DNA of 64,000 nucleotides from Carcharhinus longimanus (lineage: Eukaryota). Below are positions 49,990-62,335 of the stretch, one piece after another; the first letter of the stretch is position 1; each line of letters opens with the position of its first letter. The notes below the pieces were generated by a model that did not search any database, had not been told where the DNA came from, and was given only the letters and a program-made list of their open reading frames with translations. The stretch covers positions 37,875,919 to 37,939,918 of the forward strand of contig JASCQW010000109.1 of the NCBI GenBank assembly GCA_030264375.1. Reading direction: 5' to 3'. The position numbers were made by a program, and so were the translations under genes.

Positions 49990-51600
49990 TCAGGATTTTT
50001 AAAAATTTTCTTCTGGGATGTGGATGACACTTTATTTCAACATTTGTTGCCCATCCCTATTTACCCTTGAAAAGGTAGTATTGCACCACCTTCTTGAATC
50101 ACAGCAGTCCATGTTGTGCAAATACATGCACAGTTTTGTTAGGAAAGGAGTTCTAGGATTTTGACCGAGGAATGGCATAGTGATTAGCACTGCTGCCTCA
50201 TAGCACCAGGGGACCAGGTTAATTCCGGACTCGGGTCACTGTCTGTGTGGAGTTTGCACATTCTCCCCGTGTCTACATGAGTTTCTTTCGGTGCTCCAGT
50301 TTCCTCCCATAGTCCAAAGACGTGCAAGTTAGGTTGATTGGCTATGCTAAATTGACCCTAGTGTCAGGGGGATTAGCAGGAGTATACATGGAGTAGTGGT
50401 CAGTGCTGGCTTGATGAGCCAGTTGGCCTCCTTCTGCAATGTGGGGATTCTATGGATATTGTTTCAAATCAGGATAATATGTGGCTTGAAGGTGAACTTG
50501 ATGGTGCTGGTGGTGTTCCCATACATTTGCTGCCCTTGTTATTCAAGATGGTAGGAAGGTGCTGTCGAAGGAACCTTGGTGAGTTCCTGCAGTGTATTTT
50601 GTAGCTGGTACACACAGCTGCCACTGAGTCAGTGGACGGGGGAGTGGATATTGAAGGTGCTGTCCAAGGCTGCATTGTCCTGAATGATATTGATCTCCTT
50701 GGACCTTTTTGGAGCTGCATTCTTCCAGCCAAGTGGAGAGTATTTCATCACACTCCTGACTTGTGCCTTGTAGATGGTGGACAAACTCTGGAGGGTCAAA
50801 GGTGAGTTAATAGCCACAAAATTCCCAGCCTCTGACCTAGTCTTGCAGTTACAGCATACATATGGTTAGACTAGACCAGTTTCAATTGTAACCCCCAGGA
50901 TGTTGAGAGTGGGAACTTTAGTAATGATAATGCAATGGAATGTCAAGGGGAAATAGTTAGTTTTACTCTTATTGGAGAAAGTCATTACTTGGCACTCATG
51001 CAGCGTGGTTGCTTGACAATTATCAGCCCATGCCTGGAAGTTCTCCATACTTTGCTCCATATGGGCACAGTAGCTGCTTCAGTAGCTGAGTCGGCTCAAT
51101 AGATGCTGAACATTGCACAATTATCAGTAAATCCCCCCACTTCAAACCTTATGGTGGGAGGTAATTGATAAAACAGCAAAGAAGGTTGAGCATAGAACAA
51201 TACTCTAAGGAATGCTCACTATCTTGGAGCTGAAATGACCTCCAATAACCACACCATCTTCCTTGATGAAGGTATGACCCCAACCAGTGAAGAGTTTTCT
51301 CCCTGATTCCCACCTACTCCAGCTTTACTGCGCCTTCTTGAGGCCACATTTGATCAAATGCTGTTTTCACTCTCTCCTCAACTCTTGAGTTTAGTTCTTT
51401 AGTCCATGTTTGGACGAAGGTTATATCGAGGTCAGGCACTGAGTAGTCCTGTCAGAATCCTAACTGAGAATCAGTGAACAGGTTATTGCTGAGTGGGTGT
51501 CACTTGATAACACAATCAATGATATCTTCTATAACTGATGGTCAAGCGTAGATTGATGGGGTGGTAATTGGCTGATTTGGATTTGTCCTGCTTTCTGTGG
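49990..51600 (-). mobile_element. CR1-group LINE (same family, inverted relative to 47960-49283), interrupted by a V-SINE
   Basis: QSLSTIYKAQVRSVMKYSPL and QAWADNCQATT ORF remnants; 5' end matches 48020-48070. Confidence 0.85.
50172..50453 (+). mobile_element. V-SINE (HE1-like)
   Basis: GGCATAGTGATTAGCACTGCTGCCTCA...TGTGTGGAGTTTGCACATTCTCCCCGTGTCT...GGGATTCTATG. Confidence 0.9.
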
Positions 51601-52956
51601 GCCTAAATTGTACACCTAAGTTAACTAAAATAAAAATACCCTTCAGAGAAAAATGTACTTTATAGTTGCAATAATGGAATAGTTTGGGTCTGCTTAAGGA
51701 GCTTATGAGTAAAATATTTATACTGAAATACAATAGCTTACAATAATTTAAAAAAGCATGCACTGTGATATTTATACTGATTGAACACAGATAAATCAAC
51801 AAATAATAGATTAGTTTTTGTAATGAAGATAATGGAAGCATGGAGCAGAGTTAATGCTTGTAAAGATTAGATGAGGCAGTTCTCCCATTCCACTGTGCTG
51901 CTTTTGTAGTGCAGCAGGCCAGGTGACTTGAACGGAAGCTGTTTTGTTGGCTCCCTACTCGGCACCATGGCCTCTGCATGTATCCCAGTGCTGGATTTCT
52001 GGCGCCAGCAGCTCCGTGCCAGATATTGGCACAGAACTGCCGAATGTATTCAACAGCTCATTTTGATACAATTTAAATGCTCTTAGTGGGCTCAGAACTG
52101 AAATCTTCAGGCCCGCTAGGCCCCCCCCCCCCCCCCCCCCCCCNNNNNNNNNNNNNNNNNNNNNNNNNNNNNNNNNNNNNNNNNNNNNNNNNNNNNNNNN
52201 NNNNNNNNNNNNNNNNNNNNNNNNNNNNNNNNNNNNNNNNNNNAATAGGTGTAGGGTGATGCGGCGGCGCGGGCTTGTTGGGCCGAAGGGCCTGTTTCCC
52301 GTGCTGGGTTGTTCTTTGTACCACCACCCACCCGCTTGTGCTATTTCACTCCATTGGTATTTAGTTTGGCTCTCCAGTCGGGAGACCTGGCGGCCCAACC
52401 CCACTGCAGTGAAAGGGACACAATTGAGTCCCCCCACCCCCAGAGAGCATCTTGGCACTGCCCATGGGCATGGGGCTGTGCCAAAAAGGCAATGTCTGAT
52501 ATGGGCAGATCCATCAGTGAGGGTGAGTGAGCCCGCTGCCACTCTGCATTTGGGCTGAGGGACAGAGGGAGTGAGTCAAGCAACTGGGGCTGGTCATCTG
52601 GCTGGCTGGGAGGAGGAGAGGGGGTTAGAAATTGGGGCGGGAGTACTCGCAGAATGGAATTCTCTTTTGGCCTCGGGTGGGATTTTACAAGCCTTGCCCA
52701 GCCAATTGCTTCAGTTTTCCCAATATTTAACTGGAGGCATTGTATGCTTATCCAACACCAGATGTTGGACTAGCAGTCCAACAATTCAGAGACAGGTAAT
52801 GGTGGTAAGGCAATGTTTGATGTTGTTAGTGTACTTGTTGAAACTTGTGTGTTTTCAGGTGGTATCGTCAAGGGGTAGGATGTAAATGAGAAACAGGAGA
52901 GGCCATTGGCAGACCCATGGGGGACACTAGATGTAAAAGTGAGAGAGTGTTATGAT

Positions 52957-54763
52957 TGTGATAGAAACAAGAAACGCTTTTAAGAATCCAAAAGCTCAGG
53001 TATTTGCGAAAAGAATGAACAACAAGTTTCACGGTTTAAACCAAAAGAATTTTGCTGCACAAAAATCAAAGATGATGAATACTAATAACTACATTCTATC
53101 TTAAATATGTTAAAGATATTGAAAGCTCAATGAATATAGTTATTTCCAGATCAGAGTTCTCCCATCAGGGACTAAGTCCCGTGGTAGGGACAGCTACATA
53201 GAGTGTTTTCTGTGGGAACATGGAGTGCTTCTTGCTGCAGAGGCTAGCAGAAAAAAATGCCAAATCTTTCAGCCTCGACCTCATTAATTGTACAGTTGGG
53301 TATTTTGTACCGTATTTCATAGAACATAGAACATAGAACATACAGCGCGGAACAGGCCCTTCGGCCCACAATGTTGCGCCGGCCAGTCTTGNNNNNNNNN
53401 NNNNNNNNNNNNNNNNNNNNNNNNNNNNNNNNNNNNNNNNNNNNNNNNNNNNNNNNNNNNNNNNNNNNNNNNNNNNNNNNNNNNNNNNNNNAATTCCCAG
53501 GGAAGTCTCTGTTCCCCTTCTTAAACAATGGGACAACATTCGCTGTCCTCCAATCTTCCGGTACTATATTTCGTGGCAGGACAGGCCTGATGGTGCATCA
53601 TCTGCAATCATATCCAAGTGCCAGATTGAAAAGTCACCCAATTTCACTGACCCACTGTTGAAGGTGGTGAACCTCCTGGAAATGAAGATGGATCTCCAGT
53701 AACACACTGAGATTGGACCTCCTCAATGACAATGGATCCGCAAGGTCCATCTATAGGTGCTTGCCCCATTGACTGCTGTGGTGTGCCGGGATCCAGCGTG
53801 CAATTGGCCTCCATCCTGAACTCCGGATGGAGTCCCAGGCGTTGTTCGGGTGAGTCCTTACATCTCTATGCCACACTGTTCCAAAACATGTTTTGCACTG
53901 GCGTGTTTTCCTGCCGGTGCCAAGGAGAATCGAGCACATGGCTGGGCCTTTATCTGCATCCCATTTGTGGGATGCAAATTGCTTCCACACTGGCCTCCAA
54001 AGGGTTTCCCTATCTGCCACAGTGAGCTTCAATGGAAGATCCCACTACAAATGTAAAATCCGATGTAAAACCAACTTTTGGGTCTCCTGCCGAACTCTTC
54101 TCTCCACTCGACAGCCATTGAACGTGCCAGTGGAGACTTGAAAGAATTCCACCCTCAGACTCTAAATTGAACTTTAAACTCAATTTTCCATCCACAGCCA
54201 TTTGACTTAAACAGCAAAAACTCAAGTCAGATAATTATCACAAATTGAAAGATACAGGACCTAGGCTGAGTATTGCTTCAAGGGTTCATACAGAGTTGAG
54301 ACTTCTTGAGCTATTTGTCTATTTGCAGTAAGATTCTTCCTTCAAATCTCTTCCAACTGTCCCACAGTGGTAGGTTCCCCATTCAATACAGGCATCACTA
54401 ATATCTAATGTATTGCCACCTCACATTCAAATTCTCCTGGTTCGAATGATCCTTAACTCTGGAGTATTATCTCAAACTCTCTCTCCCTTTTCACAGCTTG
54501 GTTATCTCAGAAGTCCAACTCACTGGCAATAGGATCCTTTAGTTACTGAAATTTTTAAAAACCCTTTTAACTAGCACATAGAATTTCAACTGAGAAGTGC
54601 TCAAAAGAGATGTTTCCTGCATCCAGCTTGTTCTAATCCAAACTGCTTGAAACAGAGCTTGGGACCTACCCATTCCCATAATTAACAAGATCAGTTACTG
54701 GTAGCAAGCTGTTCTCAAAGAGACCATCCAACGTAAAACATGTTTTTTTCTTGCAAAATCACA
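52957..54763. mobile_element. Solo-LTR-like insertion
   Basis: Begins TGTGAT and ends ATCACA (TG...CA, 6-bp inverted termini); non-coding; no clear TSD. Confidence 0.45.
53319..53560 (-). mobile_element. Young CR1 insertion, mostly hidden in a gap
   Basis: (CATAGAA)3 tail; the far side encodes PEDWRTANVVPLFKKGNRDFPGN; flanking repeat GTACCGTATTTC / GTACTATATTTC. Confidence 0.85.
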
Positions 54764-55784
54764 TTGGCCATCCCAGGGGCCAGCAATGACATTTGCCTGG
54801 CTATGTTTACATAGATAAAAATGAAACCAGTAGAGTGCAATCCTACTCAGCTGGACCATGATGTTGGGCTAGAGTGTTGTGATCAACAACGTCAAAGTCA
54901 AAACATGGACCAACGATAGCCTGCTTGGAAGGTTTGCCTCTGTCATCTCACATAGGATGACATTTGTGACTTTGATAAAAGCTGCTTCAGCACTGTGACC
55001 AAAACTGGAATCTCACTGGAGGAATTCAATCACAGAGGCTTTGGAAAGATGAACATGATTTTGAGAGGCAGCAACACATTCAAGAACTTGGAGAGGAAAG
55101 TGTCCATTACATATGAATGGGAGAAGTACAAATTATTCAACATATTTTGTTCTCCAGTCATTTTCATTTGCAGAATGAATTCAGGTATGCCAACAGGCTC
55201 TGTTATCCCATATGCCACTTAGTCTTTAGAGGTGCAAATTTAAATCACTAAAACGTACAGTTTTAGAACACTATCATAGTACAGTATGAAATTTCTATTT
55301 CCCTTACTTAATGGCATTTTAAGTGTTATGGCATAATTTTTACTTTACTTGGGACTAATGCAACAGAAAAGTCACTTTGTAACCTCCTATAGTAACTTTA
55401 AAAATTAAACAATTCTTTTGTTGGATATCAAATCATGTATATAGCATAAATATAATATTTGATAAGTGATGCAATTTATTCTGAAAGAAAGCAGAAATCA
55501 AAGCAGTAACTTGCTGGGTAAATTCTGATTCAGTGTGCTAATGGGTACCCTCATACTGCATTACGTGACAAACAAGGCATTATTATCCATTTTAAACAAA
55601 AATTATTTCAATATTATAAGCAATATTAACTTATACTGCATGTTCCTTGTGTATTTCTAAAGTGTTGCAATGTCATTTTTGTTGTTATCTCACATATTAT
55701 AATTTAGGGAGCAATAAATAAGGTTTTGTATGCTGGGCATGGCTTTGTTTGTATGCCTAACCACAAATTTTAGAGGTTAATTTT

Positions 55785-56150
55785 TTGATTTGATTTATTA
55801 TTGTCACATGTATTGGTACACAGTGAAAAATATTGTTTATTGCACGCTATACAGACAAAGCATACAGTTCATAGAGTACACAGGGGAGAAGGCAAGGAAA
55901 GGGTTCAGAATGTGGTGTTACTGTCATAACTAGGGTCTCGAGAAAGATCAACTAAATATAAGGTAAGTCCATTCAAAAGTCTGATGGCAGCAGGGAAGAA
56001 ACTTGAATAGACTAGTGCACGATTTCAGACTTTTGTATCTTTTTCTTGACCAAACAAGGTGGAAGAGGGTACGTCTGGGATGCGTGGGGTCCTTGGTTAT
56101 GTTGGCTGCTTTCCGAGGCTGCGGAAGGAGTCAATGAATGGGAGGCTGAA
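55785..56150 (-). mobile_element. Rex1/Babar-like LINE 3' fragment
   Basis: ATTTGATTTATTATTGTCACATGTA...TCAAAAGTCTGATGGCAGCAGGGAAGAAACT...GGGTCCTTGGTTATGTTGGCTGC, recognised from memory. Confidence 0.6.
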
Positions 56151-59100
56151 TTATTTTAACAATAGTGAATTCCAATTAATTATGAGAGGCATGACTGCCT
56201 CTTATATAAACAAGCAGGAATTATACATTCACCTCACTGCAAACAGCTATGTTGAACACACTTTGTTTATACCTTCCCAACAGGGAGGGTAGCAGAGGGG
56301 TAGTATAACATTATGCTCAGCTGACATAATAGATGACACAAGACGGTCTTGCCATTTTGAAATTGGAACAAATTTGAATGAAATTCATCTTAGAATCAGC
56401 TTTTAATTTTGGAATCTATTCCAATTTTTTGATGGAAAAGATAGGTAACAAATATTAGTGCATAAAGTGATATGCAAGGTCTGCTTTGGTTCCACATTGA
56501 ATGCTTTCAATTGAAAACATAATGTAATCATGAGATATATGAAACTTGTTACAAACAAGCAGACTTTATATTGAAAAAGTGAGAAAGATATCCCCATCAA
56601 AGACCAAATGCTCTCTTCCAGTCTTCCTCCTACTTTCTTAACTTTTCATTTACCATCATGTAGCCAAGCATCGCTTGGAAAAGGATTGATTTATTCCTAA
56701 AATTGGAACTGAAGGCTTCCAAGTACAGCCTGCAGACATTTTTCAACAAATTAACACCCTTCCTCCCTGTGTTGGAACAACTTATTCTCTATTCAATGCT
56801 AGTGCAGCAACACAGTCAGACCTGAAGTCACAGCTGTCAGGACATTGTTCCTTAGAACATCAAGATGCTGCAATAGACCAGATTTCAATTGTGATATTGG
56901 GCAGAATCTGGCTGAGGCATCAAGGATCTCATCTGTCAGCTGGTGAGCTGACAAGGGACCCACTCTGCTCCTTGTTGGGAGGGACCACTGAACCATAAGC
57001 CAGTCAGGCAGCAGAGGGGCCAGGGTCTTCCCCTGAAATCAAGAGGGGAATGATAAACGGGGGACAGATGGCATGTTCCCCAGAAATCAGGTCAGATCCA
57101 CCCTGCAGCAATGAAGCTCCGCAGAGCTCCTTAATGAGGGTGTGTAGCAGTCATTGAGGCGGATGTCTCGCTCTCTGGAGCTGCCAGTGAATCTGGTTGG
57201 CCAGTAACTCCCTCAGTCCTGACAGCACCAGAAAGGCATCAGAATTACAGGTGAGGAATGGAGCCTAATGCCTAGGAACCTCTGAGTGGGTAACACTTAG
57301 GAGGGTTAGGGGAGGGGTTGAGGTTAAGGGAGGGAGCGGGTATGAGGGAAAGGGGTGTTCAGTCTAAGGGCGGCTGCAATGTGATCAGCCCACTTCTTTT
57401 CACCCGTTAAACCATTTCAGGTTAAAAATAAGACTTCCTGATCCTGCTCTGCTGCCCATGCCAAATATATAATGATGCAGGGAGTGTTTTGACATGATTA
57501 GTTGGGCTTGAAAACAAGCCTAGTCGGCTCTTAATCATCGACTTAGGTGTGACATGCAGGCTGCCAATTTGAGACAGACCCCTTCCTCCCCCCATATTAC
57601 CAGGATTAGCTCTGGGGCAGACTGGAAAATGGCGAGATGCCCCCTCCCACCCCCACATTTTATGTGCCCATTCTGGCAGGAATCACATCTGCCAGGGCAT
57701 TTCAAATTCAGCCCCAAAACCTCCCAGGGAAGGAAGTCTCGCCTGCCAAGAGCTACCAACTAATCTGAGGTTGGCAGCTCCTATACTCAGCTGTGCCACC
57801 TGGGGAGGCAATGGCTACTGCCAGAATGATGTTATTACGTAACCAATGACAACACTGGATCTGTTATAATGTAACCAATGGCAAAATGATTTGGTGGTCA
57901 GCTGACCCAATATAAATAAGAAAGAGATGTGGAGCTTGTATGGCCCAGGGTGTGGCCCCAAGTGTTGGAGAAATGAAGTTTTTTTAATTACTTTTTTACT
58001 TACTTTCTGAAGTTAGTTATTGCTTGTGACCACCTCTTACTGCCAGATGAACAAAAGACTGACGTCCAAGGATTGTGCAATGATGCAGGCCACAGGTAAG
58101 TAATGTGGGAATGGAGGTGGGGTTTTGCAGGGTGGAGATCACGGGTGCAGGAAAGTCCACACAAAGGGCAGGAGTGACTCTTAGCAGGTATCTGTCCATT
58201 CCCCCGATCAGGCATTGAATACCTTTGATCAAGGAACAACCCCATAATCCACCCCATCCCACCTAGGGGTCACCCGCAGCTTGTTTGATGGCGATGGTGA
58301 TGGTGATGGGATGAGGCACTAAATGGCATTAATTGGCCATTTAATGGTACCAACTGGCAGCAGTGCAATAAGGTCCACCATGGGTCTATTCCCTCCCAGA
58401 ATTTAATTTTGGTAGAGATGGGAAGACATTGGACTTCTGGTTTGCCACCTCCCATATTGCCAATTACATGTCCTTCCCACTCCAAGCTTGTCACCAGTGA
58501 CAGGAGAAGATTCCATTCCTAATTTGAATTGTAAATAAAGTCGGCGATGACAGCTTAACAACAATAAAGATGATAGTTCATTATAACATGTGTGAATCTG
58601 GGTTTTAAGCTCAAACCAAAAATTATACGGTCAAGCATTTTAAGGGTGACAATGAAGTAAAGAATAATGGTGTTTTTTATATTACCAATCAAATTCAATG
58701 CAACAGCAAACATTTTAAAGTGGAAGTGTTTATGTTGCAACATTTTTCATCTTTTCTCATTTTCATGGACAATTTTTAAGTCAATATTACTCGGGTCAAT
58801 CTATTAGAGGTGAATGTGGTTAGTCAATGATGATATCCTTTTAGACTTCCATGCAGTCCCTTTCACTGAACATCAGTCATTGGCTTGCTGGCAAAGCCTA
58901 TTTGAATTCTGTAGGTCATCATTAAGATAAACCTCCACTTAGAAATATTCTTGGACCACGAGTTTATCAATGCCCACAAAATGCTAGTTATGACTATAAT
59001 CTATGAGAAACTTACACATATTGATACTAATAAGATGGTGATTATTAATAATATATGCAAATAACAAAATTATAAACTTGACTTGTTTATAATTTTGCCA

Positions 59101-60717
59101 AATTAACAAAAGTCATTGCATTTTAAGGGATTTAATTGTGTGCAAAGTGCTTTAAGATGATTCTGAGATACAAAAGACACTTTAGCTCAGGTCAGGAATT
59201 ATGCATGCTGCAGCCAAGTAGGTCAATAAAGCATCCGGGCTTTGTCTGCAATGAAGCCGATGAGCTGTTAACTCCTGGGCTCCACCTGCACAAGCCCCAT
59301 CAGTCTCCCGCTCAAACCTGGCTGATGGGCAAGAGTGGGATGTTGGAAAGTAGTGAGTCTCCACTAGACAACTGAAAGAATGCACCTTGGCACTCAAGTA
59401 AGTAGGTGAGTAGCGAAGATTTGGGAGTGCTTTGTTTTCACGTGGAATGGGCGATGGAGGGCAGAGCAGGAGGTAACAGCGCCCAGGACAAATTGCTCCT
59501 CATGATCATCATATTGGGAATCATATTGTTTTAGGCCTCTTCTAGCCCAGGTTCCTCCGGTTGGCTACATAAAGAAATCACAACATCTTCACTGTGAGAT
59601 CAGGTATTTTAATAAATGTTCATGCGATGTGAATAGTGTTCATACCACCTGCCTGCAGGATGAGCAGCCCAGAGAAATGCAATGTAATTTTATGTCTACT
59701 TTTCCAACATTTTTTGTCTCTCACCTTTTCTGCATCCAAACACACCCAGAAGAATCAATTTTTTAATTTTAATATCCATGTTTGTTTTATGAAATGAGTA
59801 TAATGCCTCAATTAAAGCCATTGAGTACCAGATGCTGCATATTAAACCTGGCAGACATTCACCAACTGAAAACGTTTCCTCAGATTACACAGATATTTTC
59901 TCAGGTTAATATATAATATCTTTAGCAGTTTTGAAGTAACTTGATTTCAGATGATTACGAATAATTCTTGTTTTGATTTTGGTGCCTTCCAGTTACATAG
60001 GATAGAATACTGTCTTCTATAGTAGGTGGTGAATTGCGATTAGATTTTTTAACAATATTAAATCTGAGTTAAAAACTGTGGTAGTGAAGTGCTAAAGACA
60101 GGACATGGGTGCAGTGTGCACTTGAAGTGACGTCTTTGCACCAATTTTTTTGTGGCAACCACATTAGAGTTTCTACAACTTATTTAAAAGGAAGGAATGG
60201 TTGAAAGTAAATATGGGTCCCTTAGAGACTAAGGTAGGATAAATTATAATGGGGAATAACAAAATGGGTGAGACAGTAAAGAAACATTTTGGGATGGGGT
60301 CAGGAACGAAGGTGGTTTGGTGCTAAAAACAATGCTGCCACCCAGCATGCTGGCTCTCCAGTTCCATTCTGCCTTGGTGCTACTTTCTCAGAGGCAGGAT
60401 GGGGTGGAGGGGAAGGGTGGCAGCAGACCAAAATGCAGATGGCTGATTAAACAAATTAAAAGGCTGCTTCAGGCCAACTGAAGGAGGCCCATTTGGAATT
60501 TCCAATCGGCATCCAGGTTTTTGGCCAGATCTCAGTTTAAAGTGCCCGAAAGGAAGTGAAAGCCAGGCGCTCTCCCTGTTTGCCTGGTTGCTGCAGCAGC
60601 TGCAGGCCACCCTGCTGCAGATGGGATTGATTGGCCTAGAGTGCAACCCTGCGGGCGAAAAAAAAGCACAGGGACATTAAAGAAAAGCTAATATTAAAAA
60701 AAAACTTTGAACATTTC

Positions 60718-60751
60718 TCTTTACCAGATATAAAATTATATCTGGTAAAGA
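60718..60751. repeat. Perfect 16-bp inverted repeat with 2-nt spacer
   Basis: TCTTTACCAGATATAA-AA-TTATATCTGGTAAAGA. Confidence 0.95.
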
Positions 60752-61554
60752 CTGTTTGGTTGACAGTCAAGCATCTTTCGGTTGGATACAGACTTCTTTC
60801 TTTCCAATTGCTTTAAGACAGTAAGCAGTACGTCACAAAGGTGGTTGGCTGGGGAATGATTGGGAACATGGGGTCAAGTTATGTAATGAAACCTCCAGGA
60901 ATAAGTTTGATCAAAAGTTGGAAACCCTGCCCAAGTCACACACCCACTTACCCTTGACCTCCTGACCTGGGGGGGTGGGGGGACTTCAATGGTCTTTGGT
61001 TCTACCGGCAAGGCCATCAGATCTGGTCCCCATTGATGGGGGAACCATATGTGCTCTTACTGGAGAGGACATCCCGCAGCGAACCTGCACAGGCAAGAGC
61101 CTAGATGATTGAGTCCCAGGCTCACTAATTCCACTCAAATAAGTATTTCAATAAATTTAAATAATTTATTTAGCCTTGTGCTAGAAATGGACGCAAGGCT
61201 GATCGTGCCAGACATCCCGTGCTGGTAAGGTCAAGAAGTGGTAAATCAAGTGTGAACCTGATTTCTGAGCTCTCTCACGATCTTACCAGCTCGCTCCGCC
61301 CATTGGCCAGTGGGGGCCGATGGTAAGATCCACAAGAAACTAGTCTTATATTTGTTGCTTCCATCTTGTATTATAGTTTTTACAAATGATTTTAAAAACC
61401 TCTTCTGAATGAAATAATTCCCAACAAAATCATCAACATTTTTCATAAAGTGTTTAATTCAGTGAGACAAGGCATGTGACTAGAGCAACTATCTTTTCGT
61501 TGGTTTATATCAAGAATTCAAAAACACTCCAAAAAAGTAAGGTGCGAATGTTAC

Positions 61555-62085
61555 TTGCCACTATCAATTCACGCCTGGATAGCTTCCAGGTCTTGCTCCA
61601 GACAAGCATAGATTGCTTACAATTGTTTGAAGAATTTTGGAATGCAGCTCAGTATTACAATCATCAGCAAACAATCCCACTCACGAAGGAATGAAGATCA
61701 TCGCTGAAGAGAATTGAATTTAGGATGCTACCTAGAGGAATTCTTGTCTCTGTATCTGGGATTTAAGGTGATTGGCATTCAACAATCACAACTATTTTCA
61801 CTTCTGCCAGGTATGCTTCCAATCAGTAGAGCGCTTTCCACCTGTCCTCATTCACTTCAGTTTCATCAAAGCTCCTTGATTCTATACCTGGATGAATGCT
61901 GCATTGATTATTAAATCCAGTGACTCCAATCTCATCTTGGATTTATCTGTTGTGTTCATGTATGGACCAAGGTTGTAATGAGGTCTGGAGTTGAGTGGAC
62001 CAGGTGGAACCCAAACTGGGTTGAAAAGTAAGCTACTCACGAGCGAGTGGCAGTTAATAATACTGTTCACATCTTCTTCCATCGG
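61555..62085 (-). mobile_element. Decayed CR1-group LINE fragment (47960 family)
   Basis: TGTATGGACCAAGGTTGTAATGAGGTCTGGAGTTGAGTGG is the reverse complement of 48310-48360. Confidence 0.7.
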
Positions 62086-62089
62086 TGCA

Positions 62090-62335
62090 TGTAAAAGAGC
62101 CCATGACACTATTTTGGAGAACAGTAGAAAAGCAATCCCCGGTATCCTAGCCAATATTTATTCCCCAAATCGACATTACAAATATTGATTGTCTGATTTT
62201 TATCACATCATTGGGTCTTGCTGTATACAAATTGGCTGTCACGTTTACAAAAAGTACTACACTTCCAAAGTACCTTATTGGCTGTAAAGTGCTTTGATGC
62301 ACCCTGAAATGGTGAAAGGCACTATGCAAATACAA
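62090..62335 (+). mobile_element. Deu-domain SINE 3' half
   Basis: GTAAAAGAGCCCATGACACTATTTTGGAGAACAG...GCCAATATTTATTCCC...CAAATTGGCTG...GAAAGGCACTATGCAAATACAA. Confidence 0.7.

Larger units (their letters stand above)
52680..55060 (-). mobile_element. L2 fragment split by a ~1.8-kb insertion (L2 parts about 52680-52950 and 54770-55060)
   Basis: Both parts are reverse-complement matches to consecutive L2 ORF2 segments (compare 32020-32140). Confidence 0.55.

Noticed and set aside
52121-52143. Poly-C run as a G-quadruplex element
   Set aside because: Directly abuts a gap, so length and context are unreliable.
51955-52542. Long ORFs spanning N-runs (also 13683, 17985, 47653, 53165)
   Set aside because: Artefacts of translating through gaps.
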